64,000 nt of DNA from an uncultured Clostridium sp. (GTDB lineage Bacteria > Bacillota > Clostridia > TANB77 > CAG-508): assembly GCA_947648495.1 (NCBI GenBank), contig CANSOA010000003.1:141256-205255 (forward strand). The letters run 5' to 3'. Positions 42,799 to 53,704 of the stretch are shown in pieces. The stretch's first letter is position 1, and the number at the start of each line of letters is the position of its first letter. The notes under the pieces are model-generated. The model was given only the letters and a program-made list of their open reading frames with translations. It was not told the DNA's origin and searched no databases. The translations under genes and the position numbers were made by a program.

Positions 42799-43875
42799 CT
42801 ATTTCACATACTCATTTAATGCCTTCAACTTAAAACTCAAATCCCCCATTTTTTCCGTTGGAACATATCCTGCCTCTGAGTTTACCACATCTGGCAGACG
42901 ATTAACAATTGTCGCACAAGTTAATTCCACTGTTGCTGGTCTTTCAACAACAATTGTTGTATTTGGCTCACCTTCTACTGTCCAAATATTCTTGTCATAT
43001 TCTTCTGGTGCATAGACTTTTCCAATACATTCAGATTCAATTGTAATTCCTTCTTTAGTTGTCGTAGTTACAACCGCACTCATTCCTGTTGCGTCTCCTG
43101 CTTTTACTGTCATATTTAATGTCTTAGAAAAAATATCCTCTTGATACGTTTGTGGAACACACTTCTGTATCTGGGAAGTTACCGTCAAACCTAATTTTTC
43201 AGCAAGCCAACCATTTACATTCCACATATATGATGGCAAATATTCACCTTTTTCAATTATTTCCTGCCTTGCTTCTGATGAAATATTATCCGCTGACGCA
43301 ATCTCTCTTTCAAAATCCGCTAATGTCAATCCTGCACCATGTGCCTGTGCTAAAGCAATTCCATAATCCTCCACATTATAGCTTGAACTTCCTTTTATCT
43401 TCGTAATTTTTTGTGTGGAACCTGCAATAGATGCAATCAATTGTCCCCAATAAATATCCTGATAGCCACTTCCCGTAATGGTGCAATTGTTTTTCTTGGC
43501 TAATTCGTCAATTTTCTTTGTCAAAGTTGGATTTGAATTCATTGGGAAAAAAGCTTCTTCACATGTTGTTATTGCATTAATTCCAAGTTCTGCACATAAC
43601 ATCAAAGGTTCTTCAACATCTTTTAATAAACTCATTGTCGTAACAATCACAATGTCTGGCTTTGTTTCTTGTAAAACTGTTCTTGCATCTTTGGCATCTT
43701 TTATGATAACATTTTTATTTTCACATCCCATGATTTCTCCAATATCTTTACCAATTACATTAGGATTTACATCCACAGCGCCAACAATTTCAGCTCCTTT
43801 TTCATAAACATAACGCATCGTATACACTGACATTTTCCCCGTTCCATATTGAAACACTTTTAATTTTCTTTCCAT
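42799..43875 (-). CDS. DapB-like NAD(P)-binding oxidoreductase (resembles the 2,4-diaminopentanoate dehydrogenase / dihydrodipicolinate-reductase-like family)
   Basis: 358 aa. N-terminal Rossmann KVFQYGTGKMSVYT...GAVDVNP. Family assignment from memory only. Confidence 0.4.
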   Translation of the reverse strand: MERKLKVFQYGTGKMSVYTMRYVYEKGAEIVGAVDVNPNVIGKDIGEIMGCENKNVIIKDAKDARTVLQETKPDIVIVTTMSLLKDVEEPLMLCAELGINAITTCEEAFFPMNSNPTLTKKIDELAKKNNCTITGSGYQDIYWGQLIASIAGSTQKITKIKGSSSYNVEDYGIALAQAHGAGLTLADFEREIASADNISSEARQEIIEKGEYLPSYMWNVNGWLAEKLGLTVTSQIQKCVPQTYQEDIFSKTLNMTVKAGDATGMSAVVTTTTKEGITIESECIGKVYAPEEYDKNIWTVEGEPNTTIVVERPATVELTCATIVNRLPDVVNSEAGYVPTEKMGDLSFKLKALNEYVK

Positions 43876-44019
43876 AAAAACCTCCTTAAAAATCTAATGC
43901 TTATTTGTATTATATCAAATAACTATTATATAAATCCTATTTTTCCAAAAAAATAAAAAATTATTTCTCTTGATTTTGCCAATCCAAATTGCTATAATAT
44001 TAAAAGAAAGAAGGTATCT

Positions 44020-46164
44020 ATGAACCAAGCACAAAATTTATTAAAAAAATATTTCGGGTACGAAACTTTTCGACCGGGTCAACACGAAATAATCGAACAA
44101 ATATTAACTGGAAAAGATGCTCTAGCCATTATGCCAACTGGCGCTGGAAAATCAGTCTGTTATCAAATTCCAGCAATGCTTCTACCGGGTATTACCCTTG
44201 TTATTTCACCACTTATTTCTTTGATGAAAGACCAAGTAAACAACCTAAATGAAATCGGAATTCCATCTGCGTACATCAATAGCACTCTCAATAATTCTGA
44301 GTATTCTCAAGTATTACAAAATACTTTATCTAATTTTTATAAAATTATTTATGTTGCGCCAGAAAGACTTAGTTTAGATTCGTTCATTCACTTCCTAAAT
44401 CAATTAAATATTTCCATGATAACCGTTGACGAAGCACACTGTGTTTCACAATGGGGTCACGATTTTAGACCAAGTTATCGTGAAATTGCAAATGTTATTT
44501 CTACATTAAAAAAACGCCCTATTTTATCTGCCTTTACAGCAACTGCCACGGAAATTGTCAAAAACGATATTATTAATTTACTAAATTTAAATGACCCTTT
44601 CACTTTAACAACTGGTTTTAACCGCGCTAATTTAAATTTTTCCGTTGAAACTCCAAAAAATAAAACAGAATATATTGTTAATTTTTTGAAAAATAATGCG
44701 AAAAATTCTGGAATTATTTATTGTTCTACACGAAAACAAGTAGATACTTTATTTAGCAACCTTTCCCAACACGGTTACAAGGTTTCAAAATATCATGGAG
44801 GCATGAGTGAAATAGCAAGAAGTACATCACAGGAAGACTTTACTTATGATAAAACAACCATTATGATTGCTACAAATGCATTTGGTATGGGAATTGATAA
44901 ATCCAATATTCGCTATGTTGTACATTATAACATGCCAAAAGACTTAGAAAGTTACTATCAAGAAGCTGGCCGTGCTGGTCGCGATGGCGATAATGCGCAA
45001 TGCATTTTGCTTTTTAGCCGAAGTGACATTATTACAAATAAATTTCTCATTGAGCAAACCCTTTCAGATACAAATCACAAAATAGAATACGATAAATTAA
45101 ACGACATCATTGATTATTGCAACACTGACAAATGCCTTAGAAAATATATTTTAGAATATTTTGGCGAAATACCAGATTTTGAAAATTGTAAATATTGTAG
45201 CAATTGTTTATCCGAATTAGAAATAACGGATATTACTTTGGACGCAAAAAAAATATTATCTTGCATTAAAAGGATGAACCAAAGATTTGGAGCAGGGCTG
45301 GTTGCAGATGTTTTAAAGGGCTCAAAATCTGCCAAAGTGAAAAATTTCGGATTTGACCAATTATCTACCTATGGAATTATGCATGAATATTCGAAAAATA
45401 CAATTACGGAACTGATTTATTTTTTAATCACAGAAGGCTATATTAAAACCATTGGTAATCAATATCCTACTTTAGCATTAGATAAATCAGCAGATAACAT
45501 TTTATTTCATAATGAGGAAGTTTTTATAAAACGAAAAATTGAAAGGGAAATTGTTTTCAAAAATAACTTAAATTACGACGAGGATTTATTTGAAATTTTA
45601 AAATGTCTAAGAAAAGAAATCGCCGACATCAATCAAATTCCGCCATTTATCGTATTTGCTGATATTTCTTTAAAAGAAATGTGCACTTATTATCCAATTT
45701 GTGTGGAGCATATGTTGAGAATCAGTGGCGTTGGTATGAAGAAATTAGAAAAATATGGAAACGTTTTTATCGAAACTATCCACAAATATGTGATAAAAAA
45801 CAATATTACCCCAATTGAAAAAATCTCCGGTCAAAATAGCCAAACAGACAATTCCTCAAAAGAAAATACCAATATGATTTCATATGCTTTATATAAAGAA
45901 GGAAAAAATATTGACGAAATTGCCAAAATTCGTGGTTTAACAAGACAAACAATTGAAAGCCATTTAATCAAATGTTACGAAATGGATTTAGAAATTGACC
46001 TTACAAAAGATGTCAAACTACAATTTGAAAATGATATTTTCCATGCTATTGACCAATTTGGATTGGAACGATTAAAGATTTTGAAAGGAAATTTGCCAAG
46101 TAAAGTTAGTTATTTTGATATTCGATATTTTGTCGTAAAATATAAGAAAAAGCATTTGGCTTAA
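44020..46164 (+). CDS. recQ: ATP-dependent DNA helicase RecQ
   Basis: 714 aa. FRPGQHEII, PTGAGKSVCYQ, DEAHCVSQWGHDFRP, RQC zinc module, C-terminal HRDC-like region. Confidence 0.9.
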   Translation: MNQAQNLLKKYFGYETFRPGQHEIIEQILTGKDALAIMPTGAGKSVCYQIPAMLLPGITLVISPLISLMKDQVNNLNEIGIPSAYINSTLNNSEYSQVLQNTLSNFYKIIYVAPERLSLDSFIHFLNQLNISMITVDEAHCVSQWGHDFRPSYREIANVISTLKKRPILSAFTATATEIVKNDIINLLNLNDPFTLTTGFNRANLNFSVETPKNKTEYIVNFLKNNAKNSGIIYCSTRKQVDTLFSNLSQHGYKVSKYHGGMSEIARSTSQEDFTYDKTTIMIATNAFGMGIDKSNIRYVVHYNMPKDLESYYQEAGRAGRDGDNAQCILLFSRSDIITNKFLIEQTLSDTNHKIEYDKLNDIIDYCNTDKCLRKYILEYFGEIPDFENCKYCSNCLSELEITDITLDAKKILSCIKRMNQRFGAGLVADVLKGSKSAKVKNFGFDQLSTYGIMHEYSKNTITELIYFLITEGYIKTIGNQYPTLALDKSADNILFHNEEVFIKRKIEREIVFKNNLNYDEDLFEILKCLRKEIADINQIPPFIVFADISLKEMCTYYPICVEHMLRISGVGMKKLEKYGNVFIETIHKYVIKNNITPIEKISGQNSQTDNSSKENTNMISYALYKEGKNIDEIAKIRGLTRQTIESHLIKCYEMDLEIDLTKDVKLQFENDIFHAIDQFGLERLKILKGNLPSKVSYFDIRYFVVKYKKKHLA

Positions 46165-46175
46165 CAATAAATTTT

Positions 46176-46832
46176 TTAGAATTTTTCTATTTCTCCACCA
46201 ACAAAAGAAACTTCTCCCTCGTCATAAATAACAGCTTGCTCATCAGTTATTGCATAGATTGGAAAAGAATTATTTTGTAACGTTTCCTTTAAAAAATCTT
46301 TATTCCATTTTTGATGATCTTCTCTTTTATAATGTGGGACGATATTAAAATTTACTAAACCTAAAGTTTTATTTTCAATTTCGCGATTTGTAACATCATA
46401 TCTTGCTTTCCAATATTCATCACTTTCAATTTGTTTTCCTAGAACAATAGAGCCTGCCGATGTTCCCATCACGGCTTTTTCTTGAGCGAATTCCTTCAAA
46501 ACCTCATTAAATTCCGTCTCTTTAAATAAATCTGGCAAAATAAAGTTTTTTCCCCCTACAATATACATCAAATCAGCATTTTGCAATCTTTCTCTAATTT
46601 CCACTTTATCATACGCTCTTAAATTCACAAAATCAATTACGCCACCTATGTATTTTTCTAGGCGAGATAACTCTTTTATCAGCCATCTTTTATCTCTTTT
46701 TTCTGACAAGGCTACATATGCCTCATTAATTATAGCAATATTGATATTTTGCAAAGGTTTCCCCACCAATTTAGAAACTGCCTGTGCAATTTGATTGGTT
46801 GTAAAACCTTGTGATGTTAAAATTAATTTCAT
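46176..46832 (-). CDS. Peptidase S51 / dipeptidase E-like protein
   Basis: 218 aa. GGKNFILP...MGTSAGS is the S51 nucleophile block. Confidence 0.5.
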   Translation of the reverse strand: MKLILTSQGFTTNQIAQAVSKLVGKPLQNINIAIINEAYVALSEKRDKRWLIKELSRLEKYIGGVIDFVNLRAYDKVEIRERLQNADLMYIVGGKNFILPDLFKETEFNEVLKEFAQEKAVMGTSAGSIVLGKQIESDEYWKARYDVTNREIENKTLGLVNFNIVPHYKREDHQKWNKDFLKETLQNNSFPIYAITDEQAVIYDEGEVSFVGGEIEKF

Positions 46833-46849
46833 TTTTATCCTCCAAAAAT

Positions 46850-47281
46850 TTATTTTAATATTTCTAAAATTTCTTCTTTTCCGATAACTCCAACTGTTCT
46901 ACTAACTTCTTCACCATTTTTTATAACAACAAGTGTCGGTATTGACATAATTCCATATTGTACTGCCAAATCTTGATTTTCATCAATATTAATTCTACAT
47001 ACTTTTATAGCATCATTTTCTGTCGCAATTTGCTCAACAATCGGAGCCAACATTTTACATGGTCCACACCAAATCGCATAAAAATCCACTAAAACTGGTT
47101 TTTCACTTTTCAAAACCTCTTCTTCAAAATTGTTACTTGTAACCTCTAAAACACTCATTTTATCCTCCTTTAAATTTTCACCTTTTCTATTATTTTCTTG
47201 ACTTTTAAGCACATTATTTACAGCGAACAAACCACCTATAAAAATAATACATAAACCAATTATTACAAATTTATTTTTCAT
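46850..47281 (-). CDS. Membrane-anchored thioredoxin
   Basis: WCGPCK active site plus an N-terminal signal anchor. Confidence 0.7.
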   Translation of the reverse strand: MKNKFVIIGLCIIFIGGLFAVNNVLKSQENNRKGENLKEDKMSVLEVTSNNFEEEVLKSEKPVLVDFYAIWCGPCKMLAPIVEQIATENDAIKVCRINIDENQDLAVQYGIMSIPTLVVIKNGEEVSRTVGVIGKEEILEILK

Positions 47282-47292
47282 ATTTTTCTCCT

Positions 47293-47934
47293 CTAAAAGA
47301 AAATCATATACATTCCCATGCCAATTAAAACTACGCCAGAAACCTTTTTTATTTTGCCAAAATTCCTTTTTATTACCTCAAAAACGCCCTTTAGTTTTTC
47401 AATTAATACGACCGATAAAATAAACGGAATTCCAATTCCTATGCAATAGACCAACATTAGCAAAATTCCTTTTAAGATTTGTTGTTGTTTGGCAATCAGC
47501 AATAAAGCTGAACTTAAAAAAGTTCCAATACAAGGCGTCCCACTAATTGAAAATAACATTCCAAATAAAAATGATTTTATAAAATTTAAGTTCTGCAAAT
47601 TAGCATTGCTTCCTTTCATTTTACTCATAAATTTTAAATTTAGCAATTCCATATAATTTAATCCAAATACTATAATTACTATTCCAAATATAATTTTTAT
47701 ATATTTCATATTACTACTGACCAATTTTCCAAGCTGACTTGCAAATACTGCCAATAGCAAAAATACAGCTGAAAATCCACAGACAAAACCAATTGCATTT
47801 ATGACAGTTTTCTTCGTCTTTTGTTCGTCTTTACCTGCAAAATAAGCAATATAAATTGGAAGCATTGGCAACAAGCAGGGCGATATAAAACTCGCTATTC
47901 CTTCAAAAAAAGTAAATAAATATTCCATTTTCAT
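47293..47934 (-). CDS. ccdA: Cytochrome c-type biogenesis / thiol-disulfide transporter CcdA (DsbD family)
   Basis: 6-TM protein with a conserved Cys in TM1 (FISPCLLPMLPIY) and a second (GTPC). Adjacent to the thioredoxin, like stoA/resA-ccdA pairs. Confidence 0.7.
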   Translation of the reverse strand: MKMEYLFTFFEGIASFISPCLLPMLPIYIAYFAGKDEQKTKKTVINAIGFVCGFSAVFLLLAVFASQLGKLVSSNMKYIKIIFGIVIIVFGLNYMELLNLKFMSKMKGSNANLQNLNFIKSFLFGMLFSISGTPCIGTFLSSALLLIAKQQQILKGILLMLVYCIGIGIPFILSVVLIEKLKGVFEVIKRNFGKIKKVSGVVLIGMGMYMIFF

Positions 47935-48009
47935 TCCTTTATTCTATTTTTTCGCAAATTTTCTATTGTATACATATATTATCATAATTTTAGAAAAAAA
48001 TCTAGCTTT

Positions 48010-48158
48010 AAAAGCTTTTGGAGGTTTTAGTTTTGACTTTTTGGGTGTTTTGGTCTTTGGTGGAGGTTTTGGGAGGAGATTTTAGGGGGAGATTTTTAAG
48101 GAAGATTTTTGTTTTTTTGTTTTTTTGGGGGAAGGTTTTGGGGACGGGGACACTCTTT
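48010..48158 (+). repeat. G-rich TTTTGG(G) tract ending in core GGGGACGGGGACACTCTT (48140-48158)
   Basis: Direct reading. Confidence 0.8.
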
Positions 48159-48321
48159 GTAAGAAAAGTCTCTAAAACCCTCTAAAATAAAGTGAGAGCA
48201 TATTTTTTATTTTTTGTCAACTTTACATAATAGCAAAAATATGATATAATGAAAGTTGGAGCATGTTGATAAAAATAATTCATATTTATTATGCTAATAA
48301 AGAAGGCTTTTAAACCTTCTT

Positions 48322-49053
48322 TTATTTTATAATTTGTTCCATTCTTCCATAAACTAGATTCGTCCAGTTAGGATTAACTGGGCAAAATCTTGTCCTAACA
48401 GCAGACAATGTTTTTCCATGATAAAATCTTCCACCTTCAGATAAATAATTTTTGTGCAAAGTACTAGCTGCTCTCTCAAGCCCTTCTTCTACTGAACTAA
48501 ATTGAATTAGAGAACCACCATTTCCCATTAAACTAATATAATTATGCGTTCTTCTATGATTTCCAGCTATGTTCCATCCAGATTCTGCCGAAATTAATCC
48601 GCAGAAAAAAATCTCATTTAACTGATATTTTTCACATATATCATAAATTAGCCCCGCATTTTGCTCAAAAAATCCTGATGTATCTGCTCTTACGCTCGCC
48701 ATTAATTGGATGAAGTCTTCTCTCGAAATATTGCATCTTATGGTCAAATCCATGTCTTTTGTAATTGTAATTTCATTGATTGAATTGTACATTTCACGTT
48801 GACGTGCCCTAGCATATCTTGAAACCACTTCATCAGTAGCAACTTCCTTTTTGGGCGTATATGATGCAACAATCATTTTTGAATCTAAAACTTTTTTGTT
48901 TTCTATATTATTTTGTTCCTTTTTCGTTAAACTCGCTATTTTATCATTAACTTGCCCTAAGTTTAAAATTCCAATAACAATACCTGTAATCATTAGGATA
49001 ACACATATTATAATAAGTTGTTTTAAATTTTGAGCACTTCTCTTGTTTTCCAT
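48322..49053 (-). CDS. Membrane-anchored GH73 N-acetylglucosaminidase-domain protein
   Basis: 243 aa. FFCGLISAESGWN glucosaminidase block plus N-terminal TM. Confidence 0.5.
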   Translation of the reverse strand: MENKRSAQNLKQLIIICVILMITGIVIGILNLGQVNDKIASLTKKEQNNIENKKVLDSKMIVASYTPKKEVATDEVVSRYARARQREMYNSINEITITKDMDLTIRCNISREDFIQLMASVRADTSGFFEQNAGLIYDICEKYQLNEIFFCGLISAESGWNIAGNHRRTHNYISLMGNGGSLIQFSSVEEGLERAASTLHKNYLSEGGRFYHGKTLSAVRTRFCPVNPNWTNLVYGRMEQIIK

Positions 49054-49149
49054 TTTTTTCCCTTTCCTTTATGGTCGATTTTAATATATCATTAATTTAA
49101 AAAAATGTCAAATTCGGAATGAGAATTGTTTAGAAATTTTAAATCTATT

Positions 49150-49450
49150 TTTAATTATTTTGGGATGGTGGATGTAGGTAGGGGTGGTGAGGAATAGCTG
49201 GGTGGGGGACTGGCTGGGTGAGATGGATTTGGGGGATTTTTTTTTGGGGGGACTTTTTTGGTTTTTTGGGGATTTTTTTGGGGACGGGGACACTCTTTGG
49301 TTTTGTTATGTAGAAAAATAGAGTAAAAATGAGAAAAATGAAGATAATTAATTTTTAAGAGTGTCCCCGTCCCACCAATCCCCAAAATCCCACAAAATTC
49401 CTCAAAATCTCACAAAAACCAAAATCCCAACCCACCAAAAAAACACCAGA
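49150..49450. repeat. Composite palindromic element: G-tract, core (49280-49298), 58-nt AT spacer, inverted core (49357-49373), C-rich mirror tract
   Basis: Direct reading. ORF-track entries 49108-49385 (proline-rich) are translation artefacts of the C-tract. Confidence 0.8.
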
Positions 49451-49586
49451 AACAAAAAATAAAATAATTAAAATTACCAAAACAATTAAAATCTCAAAAC
49501 ACTGAAATTAACACTTACTTAAAAACTTAATTAATTAACAACCTCCAAAATTTTAAACACTATTATTTTACAAAAGTGCTTCTATT

Positions 49587-50196
49587 TTATTTAATTTCCT
49601 CAAATCTCCTACTTACTTCATTCCAATTTATAATATTCCAGAAACTACTCACATAATCTGCACGATTTGCCTTATACTGCAAAAAATAAGAATGCTCCCA
49701 CATATCCAGTACAAGTAGAGGAACACATCTCCAAAGCGTTAAATTCTGATGTTTTTCACATTGCAAAATTTGTAATTTCTTCCACTTTGGTACCCACACA
49801 AGCAAATTCCACCCGAGAAGCTTCAACTACTTTACTACTTGCCGTAAATTGACTTTTAAAAACTGGAAAAGTTCCAAAATCCTGATTGATTTGATTCATT
49901 AATTTCACACTTGGTCTACTTTGTGTTGCAGGTCCCATATTGGTGAAAAATAATTCATGTAAAATAACACCCGAACCCTGAAATGATAGTTCCTTTTCTA
50001 AACATTTTATATTCTCAAAATCATTACTTTTCCTAGCTTGCTTTAATTTTTCTTCCACTTTATTTGTGTTATCAACATAGGCTGAATATAAAGTATGATA
50101 ATGAATATTTAATGTTTCTCTACTATAAAACGGCTCTAACGCATTTAAGTTATATGGCAAATTTATTTTTTCTAACATCTCAAACCTCCTTAACAT
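49587..50196 (-). CDS. sod: Fe/Mn superoxide dismutase; reading-frame break at in-frame CGG (49813-49815)
   Basis: N-terminal ORF has LPYNLNALEPF...HYHTLY. C-terminal ORF has LDMWEHSYF...FWNIINW. Skipping the C restores ...VVEASGWNLLVW, matching the Bacillus subtilis SodA alignment (...GRFGSGWAWLVV). Confidence 0.75.
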
Positions 50197-50336
50197 AAAT
50201 TATATTTATAAAAATATAATTTATGTCATAGACAATAAGAAATATTTTTTATTTCATCAATCAATTTTCTTGACTTTTTATGTAAATTATTATAAAATAA
50301 TAGTACTCTAAATTAGAAAAATAGGAGGAAAATATT

Positions 50337-50519
50337 ATGACACTAAATTTAGACAATAAAAAAATCCAAAAAGAGCGGACAAAAAAAGGATTATCTCGCC
50401 ATGAACTAGCTGTTTTATGTGATATTCCTTTAGACGAATTAATCGCTCTTGAAAATAACAGTAAAAAATTTCCAGATTCTTTAAACAAAATATCCAAAGC
50501 TTTAGATTTAAAACTGTGA
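50337..50519 (+). CDS. XRE-family HTH transcriptional regulator (60 aa)
   Basis: AGGAGG RBS. KGLSRHELAVLCDIPLDELIALEN is an HTH_3 helix-turn-helix. Contains one in-frame CGG. Confidence 0.6.
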   Translation: MTLNLDNKKIQKERTKKGLSRHELAVLCDIPLDELIALENNSKKFPDSLNKISKALDLKL

Positions 50520-50538
50520 TATTTTTCGTTTTCAAACA

Positions 50539-50577
50539 AAAAAGCATGATTGAATTGAGAATTCAATCATGCTTTTT
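50539..50577. terminator. Bidirectional terminator
   Basis: AAAAAGCATGATTGAATTGAGAATTCAATCATGCTTTTT. Confidence 0.7.
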
Positions 50578-50578
50578 C

Positions 50579-53545
50579 CTATCTCTCTGCCAAAGCCATC
50601 ATATCTTTTTTCAATTTGGCTAATTGCTGATCTGCCTCTTCCATTGTCTTTCCTTTCACTCCCATGTAAAACTTAATCTTTGGCTCTGTTCCAGAAGGTC
50701 GTACGCAACACCATACATCGTTTTCCATTGCGTAATATAAAACATTCGAGATTGGCAATCCTGTTTTTGCCTCTTTTCCAGTTTTTGTATCGACCATTAT
50801 TCCTGTCTTATAATCCCTTATCTCAAGCACTTTATAACCACCAATTTCTTTTGGGGGATTACTTCTTATCGCATCCATAATTTCCTTAATTTTGACCGCT
50901 CCATCAGCACCTTTTAACGTAATCATTACGGTTTCTTCTTTATAAAATCCATATTTCCTATAAATATTTAACATCTGATCCCATAAAGTCAAACCTTGCT
51001 TTTTATAAAATGCTGCAGCTTCACAAAGCATCATAACCGCTGTAATTCCGTCTTTATCCCTTGCGTGTGTTCCAACCAAACAGCCATAACTTTCCTCAAA
51101 TCCAAAAACATATTCATGTTTTCCTGTTTCTTCAAAATTTCTAATTTGCTCACCGATAAACTTGAAACCAGTAAGTGTTTCTACAAAATGCATACCATAT
51201 TCTCTTGCAATCGCGCCTGCCAAATTTGAGGAAACTATCGTTGATACAAAAGCTGGATTTTTCGGCATCAAATTTTTCTCTTTTCTTTGTGATAACACAT
51301 ATTCCGCAATTAGCAATGCTGACATATTTCCTGAAAAAGGAATATATTCTCCTGTTTTTGAATCTTTTGAAAATACCCCTAATCGATCCGCATCTGGATC
51401 AGTTGCTAGTACAACATCTGCATTTACTTTTTTAGCCAATTTTAATGCCAATGCAAATGCTTTCACATCTTCTGGATTTGGATACTCTACGGTTGGAAAA
51501 TTCCCATTTGGCAATTCCTGTTCTGGAACCACAAATACGTTTGTAAATCCTAATTCCGACAAAACTCTTTGTACTGGCTTATTTCCTGTTCCATGCAAAG
51601 GCGTATAAACGATATTTAAATCTTTTTCCACTTCTTTGATAATTTCTGAATTTAAAACCTGTTTTTTTATAGCATTCAAATACAATTTATCCATTGCACT
51701 TCCTATAATATTGTACAATCCAGTATTTTGAGCCTCTTCATAAGAGATTCTTTTAACCAATGAATAATCTGTTACATTATTGACTTCTTCAATAATTTCC
51801 TTATCTTTCGGTGCCACAATTTGCGCTCCATCGTCCCAATAAACTTTATATCCATTATATTCTGGTGGATTATGGCTAGCTGTAATCATAATTCCTGCTG
51901 TACATCCAAGCTCCCTTACAGCAAATGACAATTCTGGCACAGGCTTAATTTCGTCGAAAATATATGTTTTAATTCCATTGGCATTTAAACATAACGCTGT
52001 CTCAATCGCAAATTCTTTTGACATTCTTCTAGAATCATACGAAATTGCAACACCTTTACTTTCGCTACCTTCTCTTAAAATAAAATTTGCCAAACCTTGT
52101 GTAGCTTTTGTAACCGTATAGACATTCATTCGATTAGTACCATTGCCGATTACACCTCTTAAACCTGCTGTTCCAAATTCCAAGTCTTTGTAAAATCGAT
52201 CTTTGATTTCCTCTTCGTCACCAGCAATTAATAATAATTCATGACGTGTTTCTTCGTCAAAAGCTGGATTTGTGCACCATTGACTATATTTTTTCATATA
52301 ATTTAATTTTGAGAAAAAGTCCGTATACAATTTTCTCGCTGTTTCTGGACTATCCACACCTTCCGCATTTTTAATTGGCGCAAATTCTTCTTCTCTTTTT
52401 ACTCTTAAAATAAGCACATCATTCAACATTTCAAAGGCATCAAAAATAAACATTTCAAATTTATACGCATTTGGTTTATCACTTACAATTAATTTTCCAT
52501 CTTTGTCGATATAATTCGCCTTTTTTACAGCGGTATGATAAGGTAATTTCAAATTTGTGACTTTTTCTAAAGCTTTCATATTAAACAATTGCATAATTAC
52601 ATTGGAATCTCCATAAACCAAAGAACCATAGTCATCTCTCATATTAGCCATTTCACTTGATATTTCAGTATATTCAATAACACCAACTCTTCCATTTTTC
52701 TTACAAATAACACCAACTTTTTCTTTTGGGTCAATTTTTTCAACTGATTTTACTGCACTATAAACTTTATTCGAAATTGCCATTCCAATTAACAATGGGT
52801 CAACTAAATTAGCCAAAATATTATCCACACCACTTACAAAAATCCATTCTACGCCATTTTCCTTCATTTCATTAATCACATTACTTCTTTCCATTGATTG
52901 AAGTGTTCCACCATGACCATTTGCCGCTTCTTTAATGCCTCCATTTTCATTTAGCAATATTTTCCCATCCAAATCAAGCATTGGTAATTGTCCTTGTTTA
53001 AAGAAATGCACCGCTTCTTTTGGATAACCAAAATAATTGTGTTCCTCAAAAAATTGAATAGTTTGATCATTATTTTCTTGACTTGTCATAATATACCAAG
53101 GAATAATAGCTTCATATTTAAACATCGCTTTTTTGATGCCTTCGCACAAAAGTTCAAAAATTGATTTATGCGAATCTAAGCCTAAATCATACGTACCTTT
53201 TGGACCCTTATGACCCAATCTTGTGCCTTGACCACCAGCCATTGTAACAACTGCATATTTTCCTTTTTTGATGGCTTCAATTCCTTTTTGCTCATAGATA
53301 TTTCTTTCGGCTGTCGTTAATTTAGATTTTTCTATATAATCTACAGGCTCAATTACTTCCTTTTTTAAATTATCATTTTTATTTACATTTTTATACAAAT
53401 GATCCATTAATTGAAAATCAATATTTTCAACTTTATTTAATAATTCATTTTGCTCTTTCTCATTCATTTTGTTGTAGAACATTAATAAATGTTCTTGTCC
53501 ATATTTTTCTAATTTGCTTTTTATTTCTGCAAGTTTATCCCCCAT
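50579..53545 (-). CDS. Fusion: N-terminal UDP-sugar pyrophosphorylase (UAP/UDPGP family) + C-terminal alpha-D-phosphohexomutase (PGM/PMM)
   Basis: aa ~95-120 VVTMAGGQGTRLGHKGPKG (UDPGP). aa ~450 onward FGTAGLRG...ITASHNPPEYNGYKVY...FGFEESYG (phosphohexomutase). Confidence 0.75.
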   Translation of the reverse strand: MGDKLAEIKSKLEKYGQEHLLMFYNKMNEKEQNELLNKVENIDFQLMDHLYKNVNKNDNLKKEVIEPVDYIEKSKLTTAERNIYEQKGIEAIKKGKYAVVTMAGGQGTRLGHKGPKGTYDLGLDSHKSIFELLCEGIKKAMFKYEAIIPWYIMTSQENNDQTIQFFEEHNYFGYPKEAVHFFKQGQLPMLDLDGKILLNENGGIKEAANGHGGTLQSMERSNVINEMKENGVEWIFVSGVDNILANLVDPLLIGMAISNKVYSAVKSVEKIDPKEKVGVICKKNGRVGVIEYTEISSEMANMRDDYGSLVYGDSNVIMQLFNMKALEKVTNLKLPYHTAVKKANYIDKDGKLIVSDKPNAYKFEMFIFDAFEMLNDVLILRVKREEEFAPIKNAEGVDSPETARKLYTDFFSKLNYMKKYSQWCTNPAFDEETRHELLLIAGDEEEIKDRFYKDLEFGTAGLRGVIGNGTNRMNVYTVTKATQGLANFILREGSESKGVAISYDSRRMSKEFAIETALCLNANGIKTYIFDEIKPVPELSFAVRELGCTAGIMITASHNPPEYNGYKVYWDDGAQIVAPKDKEIIEEVNNVTDYSLVKRISYEEAQNTGLYNIIGSAMDKLYLNAIKKQVLNSEIIKEVEKDLNIVYTPLHGTGNKPVQRVLSELGFTNVFVVPEQELPNGNFPTVEYPNPEDVKAFALALKLAKKVNADVVLATDPDADRLGVFSKDSKTGEYIPFSGNMSALLIAEYVLSQRKEKNLMPKNPAFVSTIVSSNLAGAIAREYGMHFVETLTGFKFIGEQIRNFEETGKHEYVFGFEESYGCLVGTHARDKDGITAVMMLCEAAAFYKKQGLTLWDQMLNIYRKYGFYKEETVMITLKGADGAVKIKEIMDAIRSNPPKEIGGYKVLEIRDYKTGIMVDTKTGKEAKTGLPISNVLYYAMENDVWCCVRPSGTEPKIKFYMGVKGKTMEEADQQLAKLKKDMMALAER

Positions 53546-53704
53546 TTAAAAATAGTCTCCTTTCAAAAATATCCTTTATCATATTATCAAATTTCTTTAC
53601 ATTCTATACCATTTTATTTTATAAGTCAACAGTCGTCTTAGGTCATAAATTAAAAAATATAGGAATTATTTAATTTTGAGACATTTTTTTAGAATTATGA
53701 ATTT

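Noticed and set aside
49108-49385. Proline-rich ORFs (61 and 76 aa)
   Set aside because: Translation of the C-rich arm of the palindromic repeat element. Not coding.
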